The notes under the pieces were generated by a model. It searched no databases and had not been told where the DNA came from. It saw only the letters and a list, made by a program, of their open reading frames with translations. From positions 224,001 through 288,000 of the forward strand of contig CAWDVE010000016.1 in the NCBI GenBank assembly GCA_963805625.1: a DNA stretch of 64,000 nucleotides. Reading direction: 5' to 3'. Both the position numbers and the translations under genes were made by a program. Positions 19,533 through 29,424 of this stretch are shown piece by piece. The stretch comes from an uncultured Candidatus Rokubacteria bacterium. Its GTDB lineage: Bacteria; Methylomirabilota; Methylomirabilia; Rokubacteriales; DASRDR01. Position 1 is the first letter of the stretch, and each line of letters opens with the position of its first letter.

Positions 19533-19856
19533 ATGGCCGAGCTGCCCGTGGCCTGCTCCCTGAGCGAGCCCGAGCTCGTGGCCCGGCGGGCGGGCGTGCT
19601 GGCGGCGATTCGCCGCGATCAGGAAGAAGCCCGCTGGCTGCCGAACGGGGTCGCGCTCCGCTTCGCCGTCGAGCCCGACCGCCTGGCGACCCTGGCGACC
19701 TTCGTCGACCTGGAGCGCCGGTGCTGCGCGTTCCTCCGCTTCCGGCTCACGGTTGAACCGGGCGGGGGCCCGATCTGGCTCGAGCTCACCGGCCCGCCGG
19801 GGACCCGGGAGTTCCTCGCCGCCGAGCTGGTCGCGCCCGGCCCCGCCGTGCCCTGA
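19533..19856 (+). CDS. Conserved hypothetical protein with ACSL and ExxCCxF motifs
   Basis: PVACSL...ERRCCAFL.F.L...LTGP.G. Confidence 0.7.
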   Translation: MAELPVACSLSEPELVARRAGVLAAIRRDQEEARWLPNGVALRFAVEPDRLATLATFVDLERRCCAFLRFRLTVEPGGGPIWLELTGPPGTREFLAAELVAPGPAVP

Positions 19857-19892
19857 GGGGGGGCCGGGGTGATCCCGAGATGGTGTGCTCGG

Positions 19893-20222
19893 TCAGTGCC
19901 GTTTCACCGGGCCGTAGAACACGACCCACGCCGCGAAATCGTCGGAGAAATCCTCGAAGCGGTGAACCTCGTGCGCGGCGACGTAGAGCAGCGCGCCCGG
20001 CCCGATCGGATCGACCCGGTCGCCGACCCGAAACTTCCCGTGCCCCGCCGCGACGATGTAGAGCTCGTCGCGGTCGTGCGGGGTCTGCGGGTCGTGTCCT
20101 TTCGGCGCGTAGAGGCGGATCTCGAGATCGCCGTCGACGAACACCTCGGCTGAGCGCCGCCCTTCCGGCAACGGCAGGGCGAGGGCGGCGGCGAGCGACA
20201 GCGGCGGGGGGCTCTTATCCAT
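19893..20222 (-). CDS. Cupin domain protein
   Basis: QTPHDRDELY and HEVHRF cupin motifs. Confidence 0.85.
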   Translation of the reverse strand: MDKSPPPLSLAAALALPLPEGRRSAEVFVDGDLEIRLYAPKGHDPQTPHDRDELYIVAAGHGKFRVGDRVDPIGPGALLYVAAHEVHRFEDFSDDFAAWVVFYGPVKRH

Positions 20223-20308
20223 CAGCGTGTCTCCGGCAGGCGAGCGCCAGCCATATGTGGTCGACGCGGCCGCCCCTCACGGTTCGGTCGTGGCGAGACC
20301 GTCGTGTC

Positions 20309-20767
20309 CTACCCGATCTGCTTCTCGTAGCAGAGGCTCACTGGGTCGGGCTTGTAGGCCCCGAACGGCGGGATGCGCCGGAAGCCCAGGCCTTCGTACA
20401 GGCCGATGGCCTCCTTCTGGTGAATCCCCGTCTCCAGCCGCAGGAGGCGAACGCCGTGCGCCCGGGCATGATCGGCCAGCTGGTTCAGGATCAGCTTGGC
20501 AAACCCGGAGCCCCGAAACTGCGGGCGCACGTACATCCGCTTGACCTCGCCGTACTCGGTGCCGAACAGCTTGATCCCGCCGCAGCTGGCGGGGACGCCA
20601 TCCGACCGGAGCACGAAGAATGCGACCGCTTCGGCGATCAGCCGCTCGACGCTGAGGCCGTGACGGCTTTCGGCCGGATAGAGCGGGTTGAGGACCGCCT
20701 CGAGCTCCGTGATCAGGGCAACCGCGTCGGGGCTGTCGGGGCGTTCCATGGTGATCACGACCGGCAT
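20309..20767 (-). CDS. GNAT N-acetyltransferase
   Basis: EVKRMYV.P.FRGSG.A, RLETG..Q.EA..LY. Confidence 0.9.
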   Translation of the reverse strand: MPVVITMERPDSPDAVALITELEAVLNPLYPAESRHGLSVERLIAEAVAFFVLRSDGVPASCGGIKLFGTEYGEVKRMYVRPQFRGSGFAKLILNQLADHARAHGVRLLRLETGIHQKEAIGLYEGLGFRRIPPFGAYKPDPVSLCYEKQIG

Positions 20768-21049
20768 AGGGCGCTCTCAGTCCTTTCGGGGTGTCCGGCG
20801 AGTGCCAGCAGGGGCACTTCCAGCGGAGGGGGAGTGATGCTCGGCCGGCGCCAGCGACGCGGCTGACTGGGCCAGGGCTTCCGGCAAGATCGGTTCCTTC
20901 CCTGTGGCTGACCCCCAGTGTAGCAGGGCGGCACGACGGGGAGAGCCACGCCCCGGGGCCGCGGGCGGGGCGACCTTGGGAGCCGCCGGGGGCTCTGGTA
21001 CCCTGAATGGCCAGCGCGCGCCACGCGCGCCGGGCGGGGGGAGCGGGCC

Positions 21050-22570
21050 ATGATCCGAACACCTGCGGCATTCCTGACCGAGGGCGAGGTCCGCCGGGTC
21101 CACGAGGCCTCCCTCGAGATCCTGGAGCAGGTGGGGCTCCTCGTCCGGAACGCCCAGGCCCGCGAGATTTTCGCCCGCCACGGCTGCAAGGTGGAGGCGG
21201 GCGGCGAGAACGTCCGGTTCCCGCGCGCGGTGGTCGAGGAGCATCGGGCCGGCATGCCGCCCAGGTTCACGTTCCGGGCCCGCGACCCGGAGCTCGACCG
21301 GACGGTGCCCGACGACACGCCGGTCGTGATCTCGGGCAGCTCGGCGCCCGACATGGTCGATCCGGCGACGGGCATCGCACGGCGCGCGCTCGCCGCCGAC
21401 ATCGCGCGGATCGCCTGGCTCGTGGACCAGCTGCCGAACTACGACATCTTCTCGGTCTCGACGCTGGCCGACGACGCGCCGCCCGCCTTCTTCTCGACCA
21501 CGCGGCTCTACGCGGCGCTCAAGTACTGCCGGAAGCCGATCCGCATCAGCGGCCCGCCCGAGGAGCTCGACTCGATCCTCAAGCTCGCTCACATCATCGC
21601 CGGGGGCGAGGCCGCCTACATGGAGCGGCCATTCATCACCCACCACTACTGCCCGTGTGTCTCGCCGCTCACGATGGACTACGACTCCACGGCGACGCTC
21701 ATCTACTACGCGGAGCGCGGCCTGCCCGGCCACCCGACGCTCGTGCCGAACGCGGGGCTGACGTCGCCCCTGACACTCGCGGGCACGCTCGTCCAGGGGA
21801 ACGCCGAGTTCCTGGCGGCGGTCGTACTGGAGCAGATGGTTCGGCCGGGGAAGGCGACGATCTACTCGAGTCTGCCGACGGTGGCCGACATGCGGACGGG
21901 CGCCTATGCGCCCGGCGCGATCGAGACGGGGATGCTCTTCATGGGCGTCGCCCAGATGGCGCGCTTCTACGGCGTGCCGTGCGGCGGCTACATCGGGCTC
22001 TCGAACGCCAAGGTCAACGACGCCCAGTGCGGGTTCGAGACGGGCATGTCCGCGGTGGCGGCCCTCCTGTCGGGGAACCATCTCTTCAACATGGCTGGGC
22101 TCCTCGATGCCCTCATGTCGTTCGACTTCGCCAAGGCGGTCATCGACGACGAGATCGTGGCGATGCTCCGCCGCATCCAGCGCGGGCTCGAGATGAGCGA
22201 GGAGAACTTCGCCCTCGACGTCATCAAGGAGGTCGGGCCGGGCGGCATGTTCGCCGACCACCTCCACACGCTCGAGCGCATGCGGACCACGGGCTTCCTG
22301 CCCGAGATCGCCGACCGCGATCCGCGCCAGGGCTGGATCGAGAAGGGTGGCCTCGACGCCCAGGGGCGCGCCATGCTGCGGGTCCGCGACATCCTCACTC
22401 GCGACGCGCCGAGCCTCTTCTCCCCCGACGTCGACGCGCGTCTCCGGCAGGAGTTCGCCGGCATGATCGCGGCGGAGTTCTCGCCGCCCGAGGGCTGGAC
22501 GCGAGCCCCCGACGAGGCGCCCTCCGACCGGGCAGAGCGGCGACGCCGCCGGCTGGCGCAGCAGGCCTGA
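21050..22570 (+). CDS. Trimethylamine methyltransferase (MttB) superfamily protein, non-pyrrolysine
   Basis: VHEASLEILEQVG, SPL, SP.TLAGTLVQ.NAE.LA, DMRTG, S.AK..DAQ.GFE; no in-frame TAG. Confidence 0.9.
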   Translation: MIRTPAAFLTEGEVRRVHEASLEILEQVGLLVRNAQAREIFARHGCKVEAGGENVRFPRAVVEEHRAGMPPRFTFRARDPELDRTVPDDTPVVISGSSAPDMVDPATGIARRALAADIARIAWLVDQLPNYDIFSVSTLADDAPPAFFSTTRLYAALKYCRKPIRISGPPEELDSILKLAHIIAGGEAAYMERPFITHHYCPCVSPLTMDYDSTATLIYYAERGLPGHPTLVPNAGLTSPLTLAGTLVQGNAEFLAAVVLEQMVRPGKATIYSSLPTVADMRTGAYAPGAIETGMLFMGVAQMARFYGVPCGGYIGLSNAKVNDAQCGFETGMSAVAALLSGNHLFNMAGLLDALMSFDFAKAVIDDEIVAMLRRIQRGLEMSEENFALDVIKEVGPGGMFADHLHTLERMRTTGFLPEIADRDPRQGWIEKGGLDAQGRAMLRVRDILTRDAPSLFSPDVDARLRQEFAGMIAAEFSPPEGWTRAPDEAPSDRAERRRRRLAQQA

Positions 22571-22598
22571 GGTCCATGAACGGCCCATCGGGACCCGG

Positions 22599-23282
22599 AT
22601 GAGCGATCTGAGCCAGCTCCCGCTCGAGGAGCTCCTCGAGCAGATCCAGGACAACCTCTACGGGGGGAACGCCGAGCCCGTCGTGGCTGGCGTCCACGAG
22701 CTGCTCCGCCGCGGCCTGACACCCTACGACGCCCTCACCCAGGGGTTGATTGCCGGCATGGACGTGGTCGGCGAGGACTTCCGCATCGGCAAGCTCTTCG
22801 TCCCCCAGGTGCTGATGGCGGCGAAGGCGATGAAGGCCGGCATGGAGATCCTGCGGCCGCTGCTGGCCGAGACCGGGGCGCCCCGCATCGGCACGCTAGT
22901 CATCGGCACCGTGAAGGGCGACATTCACGACATCGGGAAGAACTTGGTCGGCATGATGATGGAAGGGGCCGGCTTCCAGGTGGTGAACCTTGGCATCAAC
23001 ACCGACGTCGAGAAGTTCCTCCACGCCGTCCGCGAGCACGCGGCCGACATCCTTGGGATGAGCGCCCTGCTCACGACGACCATGCCCTACATGCGGATCG
23101 TCATCCAGGCGCTGAAGGAGTCCGGTCTCCGCGACAAGCTGATCGTGCTCGTGGGCGGGGCGCCGCTCAACGCGGACTTCGCGAAGCAGATCGGCGCCGA
23201 CGCCTACTGCCGCGACGCGGCGAAGGCCGTCGAAACGGCGAAGCGCCTCATGGCCGAGAAGATGGGGGGCTCCCTTGCCTGA
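22599..23282 (+). CDS. Corrinoid (B12-binding) protein
   Basis: Cap domain M..VG..F...LFVPQV; GDIHDIGKNLV (DxHxxG), SALLTTT, VGGA. Confidence 0.93.
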   Translation: MSDLSQLPLEELLEQIQDNLYGGNAEPVVAGVHELLRRGLTPYDALTQGLIAGMDVVGEDFRIGKLFVPQVLMAAKAMKAGMEILRPLLAETGAPRIGTLVIGTVKGDIHDIGKNLVGMMMEGAGFQVVNLGINTDVEKFLHAVREHAADILGMSALLTTTMPYMRIVIQALKESGLRDKLIVLVGGAPLNADFAKQIGADAYCRDAAKAVETAKRLMAEKMGGSLA

Positions 23283-24174
23283 CGGCGCCCGCTGGCGCGC
23301 CCTTCTCGCGACGCCGGGCCCGATCCTGGCCGACGGCGCCATGGGGACCATGCTCTTCGAGGCGGGCCTCACCTCCGGGGATTCGCCCGAGCGCTGGAAC
23401 GTCGAGTGCCCGGACGCGATCCGCTGCGTCCATCAGGCCTACCGGGCGGCCGGCTCTCGCATCCTCCTGACCAACACGTTCGGCGGGAACCGGTTCCGTC
23501 TCGCCCTCCACGGCCTCGACACGCGCGTCGTCGAGCTCAACGAGGCCGCCGCCCGGCTGGCTGTCGAGGTCGCGCACGTGCCCGGCAGCGACGCGGTTGT
23601 TGCCGGCGACATCGGGCCGAGCGGCGGGATCCTGGCGCCTCTCGGCGACCTCGAGCGTGCCGACGCCGTGAAGGGCTTCGCCGAGCAGGCGGCCGCGCTC
23701 CACGCCGGCGGCGTCGACGTGTTCTGGATCGAGACCATGTCGGCCCTCGAGGAGGCCGAGGCGGCGCTGGAAGGCGTCCGTCAGGCCGCGCGGGGCGTGC
23801 CGGTGGTCATCACGCTGAGCTTCGATACCCACGGCCACACGATGATGGGCGTGAGCCCGGAGCAGGCCGCGAAGAAGCTGACGGCGCTGGGCGCGGTCGC
23901 GGTCGGCGGCAACTGCGGTCTCGGCCCGGCCGAGCTCCTGCCGGCGATGGTGGCGATGCACGCGGCCGCACCGGACGCGATCCTGGTCGCGAAGCCGAAC
24001 GCGGGCCTGCCGCTGCTGGAGGACGGCCGCGCAGTCTACCAGGGCAGCCCCGGCGAGATGGCCGACTACGCGCGGCGCCTCGTGGCCGCGGGCGTGCGCA
24101 TCGTCGGCGGCTGCTGCGGCAGCGCGCCCGCGCACCTCCGCGCGATGGCCGAAGCGCTGGCCCTGGCGCCGTGA
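23275..24174 (+). CDS. Homocysteine S-methyltransferase (stand-alone MetH Hcy-binding domain, Bmt-like)
   Basis: DGAMGT, TNTFG, ETM, GGNC, PNAGLP, GGCCG Zn ligands. Confidence 0.9.
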   Translation: MPDGARWRALLATPGPILADGAMGTMLFEAGLTSGDSPERWNVECPDAIRCVHQAYRAAGSRILLTNTFGGNRFRLALHGLDTRVVELNEAAARLAVEVAHVPGSDAVVAGDIGPSGGILAPLGDLERADAVKGFAEQAAALHAGGVDVFWIETMSALEEAEAALEGVRQAARGVPVVITLSFDTHGHTMMGVSPEQAAKKLTALGAVAVGGNCGLGPAELLPAMVAMHAAAPDAILVAKPNAGLPLLEDGRAVYQGSPGEMADYARRLVAAGVRIVGGCCGSAPAHLRAMAEALALAP

Positions 24175-24210
24175 ACCCACAGGCCGAAGGCCGTCGGACA
24201 AACCCCGCCC

Positions 24211-24504
24211 GTGTACTTCGCCGTCCACCGCGTTCGAGGGCCAGCCTGGAATGCTTCCAGGCCCATGCGGGAGCAAGCCCTCTGGCGGGAGCACGCCGAT
24301 TTCATGAACGCCCTGGTGGCGGCGGGATTCGTCGTCCTCGGCGGCCCGCTCGGGCGCGGCGAGGAGGTCCTGCTGGTGATCGAATCGAGCAGCACGGAGG
24401 CCGTCCGAGAGCGCCTTGGCGAGGACCCGTGGAGCGAGGCAGGGTTGCTGGAGGTCGCCCGGGTGGAGCCGTGGACCATCCTGCTCGACGGTCGATCGGC
24501 ATGA
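24211..24504 (+). CDS. YciI-like protein
   Basis: H..FM..L...G...LGGP, DPW motif. Confidence 0.7.
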   Translation: MYFAVHRVRGPAWNASRPMREQALWREHADFMNALVAAGFVVLGGPLGRGEEVLLVIESSSTEAVRERLGEDPWSEAGLLEVARVEPWTILLDGRSA

Positions 24505-24556
24505 GTGGCCTGTCCGTTGGGTCGCACACGATGGCCGAGGGGCCGGGAGTCCAGCC

Positions 24557-25525
24557 ATGATGACGCTGCCGAAGCGCGTGACCATCTGCGAGGTCGGCCC
24601 CCGGGACGGCTTCCAGATCGAAGCCGAGTGGATCCCGACCGAGACGAAGGTCAAGGTGATCGATCGCCTCGCCGAGACGGGCCTGCCGCGGATCGAGGTG
24701 ACGTCGTTCGTTCATCCGAAGGTCGTGCCCCAGATGCGCGACGCGGAAGAGGTCATGGCGCGGATCCGCCGCCGGCCGGGGACCCAGTACATCGCCCTCG
24801 TGCCGAACGAGAAGGGCGCCGTGCGCGCCGTCGACGCTGGCGTCGACGGGATCCACACGGTCGTCTCGGCGAGCGAGAGCCACAACCTCGCCAACGTCAA
24901 CATGACGGTTGCCGAGTCGCTCGTGAAGCTCCGCGCCGTGCTGGAGGTCGCCGGGCGCGCGAAGGTTCACGTCAGCTGCGCGGTTTCCACGTCGTTCGGC
25001 TGCCCCTTCGAGGGCGACGTACCGGTCGATCGCCTCGAATGGGTAGTCGCGTCCCTCGTCGACATCGGCGCGCGGGCGGTGGCCCTCGCCGACACGACCG
25101 GCATGGCCAATCCTCGCCAGGTGACGGAGATCCTCGAGCGCTTCGGGCCGCGCTTCCCCGGCGTCGAGTGGACGCTCCACACGCACGACACGCGCGCACT
25201 GGCGATCCCGAACATCCTGGCCGCGATGGCGTGCGGGGTCACCCACTTCGACAGCTCGATCGGCGGGCTGGGCGGCTGCCCCTTCGCTCCCGGCGCCTCC
25301 GGCAACGTCTGCACCGAGGACCTGGTCCACGGTCTCCACGCCATGGGCGTCGAGACCGGCATCGACCTCGACCGGCTCCTCGCCGTCTCGCGCTACGTGC
25401 AGGAGGTGGTGGGCCGCGTCCTTCCCGGCCAGCTCGTCAAGGCCGGCCCGGCGACGCGGCGCTATCGCGTCCCCGACGGCGTCGCCGCCAGGCTGACGGG
25501 CTTGCGGGACACCAGCAGCAGGTAG
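24557..25525 (+). CDS. Hydroxymethylglutaryl-CoA lyase family
   Basis: EVGPRDGFQ, HTHDT, GLGGCPFAPGASGNV.TED. Confidence 0.9.
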   Translation: MMTLPKRVTICEVGPRDGFQIEAEWIPTETKVKVIDRLAETGLPRIEVTSFVHPKVVPQMRDAEEVMARIRRRPGTQYIALVPNEKGAVRAVDAGVDGIHTVVSASESHNLANVNMTVAESLVKLRAVLEVAGRAKVHVSCAVSTSFGCPFEGDVPVDRLEWVVASLVDIGARAVALADTTGMANPRQVTEILERFGPRFPGVEWTLHTHDTRALAIPNILAAMACGVTHFDSSIGGLGGCPFAPGASGNVCTEDLVHGLHAMGVETGIDLDRLLAVSRYVQEVVGRVLPGQLVKAGPATRRYRVPDGVAARLTGLRDTSSR

Positions 25526-25573
25526 CATTCGACGTTGCGCCGACTTGATGGGTAGGGAAGGTCTCTAGCCATC

Positions 25574-25756
25574 TTGTCCCGTCGGCAGTGCGCGTCAAGC
25601 GTCGCAGTGATTGTCGCCCTCCTCTCGTGGGCGGTGCGCATCGTCGACGCGCAGCCTCCGGCGCGGCAGCCGCACATCGGTCTGCTCTCGATCGGCACGG
25701 ACCCCTCGCGCCTCCGCCATCTGACCGCTCCGGGCCCGTGTCTCGCCGCGTGGTAG
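25574..25756 (+). pseudogene. N-terminal remnant of ABC substrate-binding protein (ABC_sub_bind-like)
   Basis: RR-hydrophobic-AQPPARQPHIGLL pattern; ends after about 60 aa. Confidence 0.5.
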
Positions 25757-25766
25757 CATCGCGGCC

Positions 25767-26708
25767 ATGCGCATCAAGTACCGTGTCGGCGTGATGCCGG
25801 GGCCGTGGCCTCATGGCCCGGCCGGGCGCGACTTCTTCTGGCGGTTCGTCGAGCTCTGCGAGAAGAGCGAGATCGACTCAGTGTGGTTCTCCGAGCGGCT
25901 GTCGTCGCCGCTGCCCATGCCCGAGCCCATGACTGCGATGGCGGCCGTCGCCGCCCGGACGACGCGGCTCAAGTTCGGGCCGAGCGTGTTCGTCACGCCG
26001 TTCCGGACGCCGGTCATGGCCGCGCGCGAGATCGCGATGGTGGACTACCTCTCGAACGGGCGCATGCTGCCGGCCTTCGGCATCGGCGTCGACCAGCCGC
26101 GGGAGTTCGAGGCGGCGGGCGTGCCCTTCCGCGAGCGCAGCCGGCGCACCGACGAGGCGATCCAGATCATGCGGCGCTGCTGGAGCGAGGACGAGGTGAC
26201 GTTCGCCGGGGAGTTCTGGCGCCTCGACCGCGTCACCGTGCTCCCGCGGCCGGTGCAGCAGCCGATGCCGCTCTGGATCGGCGGCAACAGCGAGGCGGCC
26301 ATGCGCCGGGCAGGCCGCCTCGGCGACGGCTGGATCCCGTCCTTCATCACGCCGGACCAGTTCCGCGTCGGCGTCGAGAAGACGCGGACGTTCGCCGCCG
26401 AGGCCGGCCGCGATGTGCCGGCCGACCACTTCGGCGCGCTCTTCTACTACTGCCTCGACCCCGACCCGGCCGTCGCCCGCGCGCTGGCCGATCCCTTCAT
26501 CCCGCGCGGCCGCGTCGACGACGCCACCCTCGCGCGCTGCACGGCGTTCGGTCCGCCCGTGCGGGTGCGGGAGCATCTGGAGGCGTACGTCGCGGGCGGC
26601 GGCTCCAAGTTCATCCTGCGGCCGATGTGTCCGCCCGAGCGGATGCTCGACCAGCTCGGTCAGCTCGCCACCGACGTCGTCCCCGCGTTCCACCGCCGGG
26701 AGGGCTGA
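25767..26708 (+). CDS. LLM-class flavin-dependent oxidoreductase
   Basis: DSVWFSE, AARTTRL, D.LSNGR, WIGGNSEAAMRRAGRLGDGW. Confidence 0.9.
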   Translation: MRIKYRVGVMPGPWPHGPAGRDFFWRFVELCEKSEIDSVWFSERLSSPLPMPEPMTAMAAVAARTTRLKFGPSVFVTPFRTPVMAAREIAMVDYLSNGRMLPAFGIGVDQPREFEAAGVPFRERSRRTDEAIQIMRRCWSEDEVTFAGEFWRLDRVTVLPRPVQQPMPLWIGGNSEAAMRRAGRLGDGWIPSFITPDQFRVGVEKTRTFAAEAGRDVPADHFGALFYYCLDPDPAVARALADPFIPRGRVDDATLARCTAFGPPVRVREHLEAYVAGGGSKFILRPMCPPERMLDQLGQLATDVVPAFHRREG

Positions 26709-26729
26709 TCGGGCGCCGGCCGCCCGGCG

Positions 26730-28597
26730 TCAGAACTCGACTTGCGCCCCGAGCTCGACCACGCGGTCGGGTGGGATACGGAAGTATTCCGTCGCCGAGC
26801 GGGCATTACGCGCCAGGAAGCCGAAGAGCAGCTTCCGCCACTTCGCCATGGGCGCGGGCCCGGTCGGCAGGAGGCGCGTCCGCCCGACGTAGTAGCTGGT
26901 CTCCTCCAGGGCGCTCGCGATTCCTAGCCCGCAGCAGCGATCGACGACTGCCGGCACGTCGGGCGTCTCCATGAAGCCGTAGCACGCCCGGACCCGGTGG
27001 AAGCGCGCTGTGAGGGCGTCGGTGGAGATGCGGTCAGCGTCGGCCACCGCCGGCTCGTCCGTGGTGAGGACCGTGAGGATGACGACGTTCTCGTGGAGGG
27101 CCTTGTTGTGCTCCAGGTGATGGAGCAGGACGGGGGGCACGCCTTCCATCGTGGCGCTGAGGAAGACGGCGGTGCCGGAGACGCGCGGCGGCGGCACCCG
27201 CGCGAGCTGATCGAGGAACGGCTGGAACGGCACGGACGCCCGGGTCAGGAGCCCGCGCATCAGCTCGGTGCCGCGCTTCCAGGTCGACAGGAGGGCGTAG
27301 ACCGCCGCCGCGATGGCGAGGGGAACCCAGCCGCCCGCGCGGACCTTCACCAGGTTGGCGCCGAGGAACGCGAGATCGACCGCGAGAAAGAGTGCGGCCA
27401 GCCCGCCTGCCTGCCAGACCGGCCAGCGCCAGCGGTGACGTGCGACCAGGTAGAACAGCACGCTCGTGACGGCCATCGTCCCGGTCACCGCAATGCCGTA
27501 CGCCGCGCCCAGCGCGCTCGACGAGCGGAAGCCGAGGACGAGCAGCAGGCACCCGACCATCAGGGCGGCGTTGATCTCCGGGAGGTAGACCTGGCCCGCT
27601 TCCGTCCACGAGGTGTGGACGATCGTGACGCGCGGGAAGTACCCCAACCGGACCGCCTGGCTCGTGAGTGAGAAGGCCCCGGAGATCAGCGCCTGGGAGG
27701 CGATGATCGTGGCGAGCGTCGCGAGGCCGAGGAGGGGATAGAGGAGCGGCCGGGGCGCCAGGAGATAGAAGGGACTCTGGACGGCCTCGGGCTGACGGAG
27801 GACGAGGGCAGCCTGGCCGAGGTAGTTGAGGAGCAGGGCCGGAAACACGAGACCGAGCCATGCGCGCCGGATCGGCAGGCGCCCGAAGTGGCCCATGTCG
27901 GCGTAGAGCGCCTCCGCGCCGGTCACGGCGAGGACGACCGCCCCGAGCACGAGGAACGCCGCCGCCCGGTGCTCGGCGAGGAGCCGCATCCCGTACCACG
28001 GGTTCAGAGCGTTGAGGATGCCGGGACTCCGCCAGACCTCTCCCCCCCGAGCAAGGCAATGGTGACGAACCAGATGAGCATGACGGGGCCGAACATCCTG
28101 CCCACGCCGGCGGTGCCGCGCTTCTGGAGGGCGAAGAGAAGCAGGAGGAGGACGGCGGCGATCGGCACCACCCACGGAGCCAGCCCCGGCGCGGCGATCT
28201 CGAGCCCTTCGACGGCCGCCAGCACGGAGATTGCCGGCGTGATCACCCCATCGCCGTAGAGGAGGGCCGCGCCGAAGAGGCCGAGGGCCACGACGGTGGG
28301 GCCACGCGCGCGCGGGGGGATCAGCGCGAGGAGTGCCAGGATCCCGCCCTCTCCGCTGTTGTCGGCGCGCATCACGAAGACGACGTACTTCACGCTCACG
28401 ATCAGGACCAGCGACCAGACCAGGAGCGAGAGCACTCCCAGCACCGTGTCCGGCGTCACGGGAAGGCCGTGGCCGGGGCGCAAGCATTCGCGCAGCGCGT
28501 ACAGCGGGCTCGTCCCGATGTCGCCGAAGACCACGCCGAGGGCAGTGATGGCGAGGGCGGCCCCGTGCCGGCGTCCGGGTGGCCGAGCGAGCGCCAT
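26730..28597 (-). pseudogene. kup: Kup potassium transporter with single frameshift at a G7 tract
   Basis: [13 protein letters not shown] and DGVITPAIS in ORF 28004..28597; TGAEALYADMGHFG onward in a different frame; the switch is at C7 28042-28048. Confidence 0.88.
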
Positions 28598-28711
28598 GGC
28601 CCCACTCTACAGAGGTGGCATCCCGGAGGTCATCCCCGCGGTGCTGCTGGCGGCCATCCACGAGAAAATGGCCGCCAGCGCGCGGCGGCCCGGCCCCGGC
28701 GCACGGGAGAC

Positions 28712-29185
28712 TCAGTGAGCTCGGGTACGCCGGCTGGAGCCAGCTCCTGCGCGTACCGGCCCGGGTGTCCTGTCGCTCACCCCGAGCGCGTATTGCCAGG
28801 ACAGGGGATCGGGCAAGGCGACCGAGTGAAAGCCCATGCCGTGGAACTGCTCCGCGAGCATGAGCGCCGATTCGCTCAGGGCGTAGCTCCCCAACCCGGG
28901 GATCACGAAGACGAGATGGGCCGGCCCCCGCTGGGAGAACAGGGCCAGGACGGGCTTGTTCTTTCCTTCGAACCGCGGCACGTTCCGGCGGTCGGTCCGG
29001 ACCTCGAGCAAGCTCACCAGGTAGTTGGTGCGATGGGGATGGTATCCCGCCGGGATCAGGCTGGACTTCAGCGGATTGGCGATCGGGAACCGATAGTCGT
29101 CCGCGGAGGCAACTGCCGCTCCGAGGAGCCAGGCTGCCGTGGCAGCCACGACCAGGGCCATCGCGATCAAGGCTGCTCGCTTCAT
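28712..29185 (-). pseudogene. Truncated exported alpha/beta-hydrolase-like protein
   Basis: Signal peptide, Y.FP..NP, LVFVIPGLG, GFH.V.L..P.SW...TPG; ends before any GxSxG. Confidence 0.5.
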
Positions 29186-29424
29186 GACCTTGCCTGTTGG
29201 CACCGCTGGGACTGTTGGCACCGCAGGCGTCCGGCGCCGCCTCCGGTCGACGCTACTCCACCCCGGGGCGCGGCGCCAGGGGTCGCGCGAGGGCACATGG
29301 GCGGCCAGGGTCCCGGGGGCCTGGGACGTGCGGGAATGCCGACGCGCTGGATGGCGCGGAGGGGCCGCGGTGATGGGAGAGCCGCCCCGGGGGCGCGTGA
29401 GGTGTCGCGCCGACGCCCGGGGCG

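Noticed and set aside
20770-21049. Possible cobalamin/SAM/SAH riboswitch upstream of the MttB module (GCCACAGGGAAGG on minus strand)
   Set aside because: Partial B12-box-like word on the wrong strand for mttB; other consensus elements are absent.
21050-22570. Pyrrolysine recoding in MttB
   Set aside because: No in-frame TAG, Leu at the equivalent site, and no pyl genes in the window.
29194-29224. 13-bp direct repeat CTGTTGGCACCGC with 18-bp period
   Set aside because: Only two copies, no CRISPR-length spacer, no cas genes; function unsupported.
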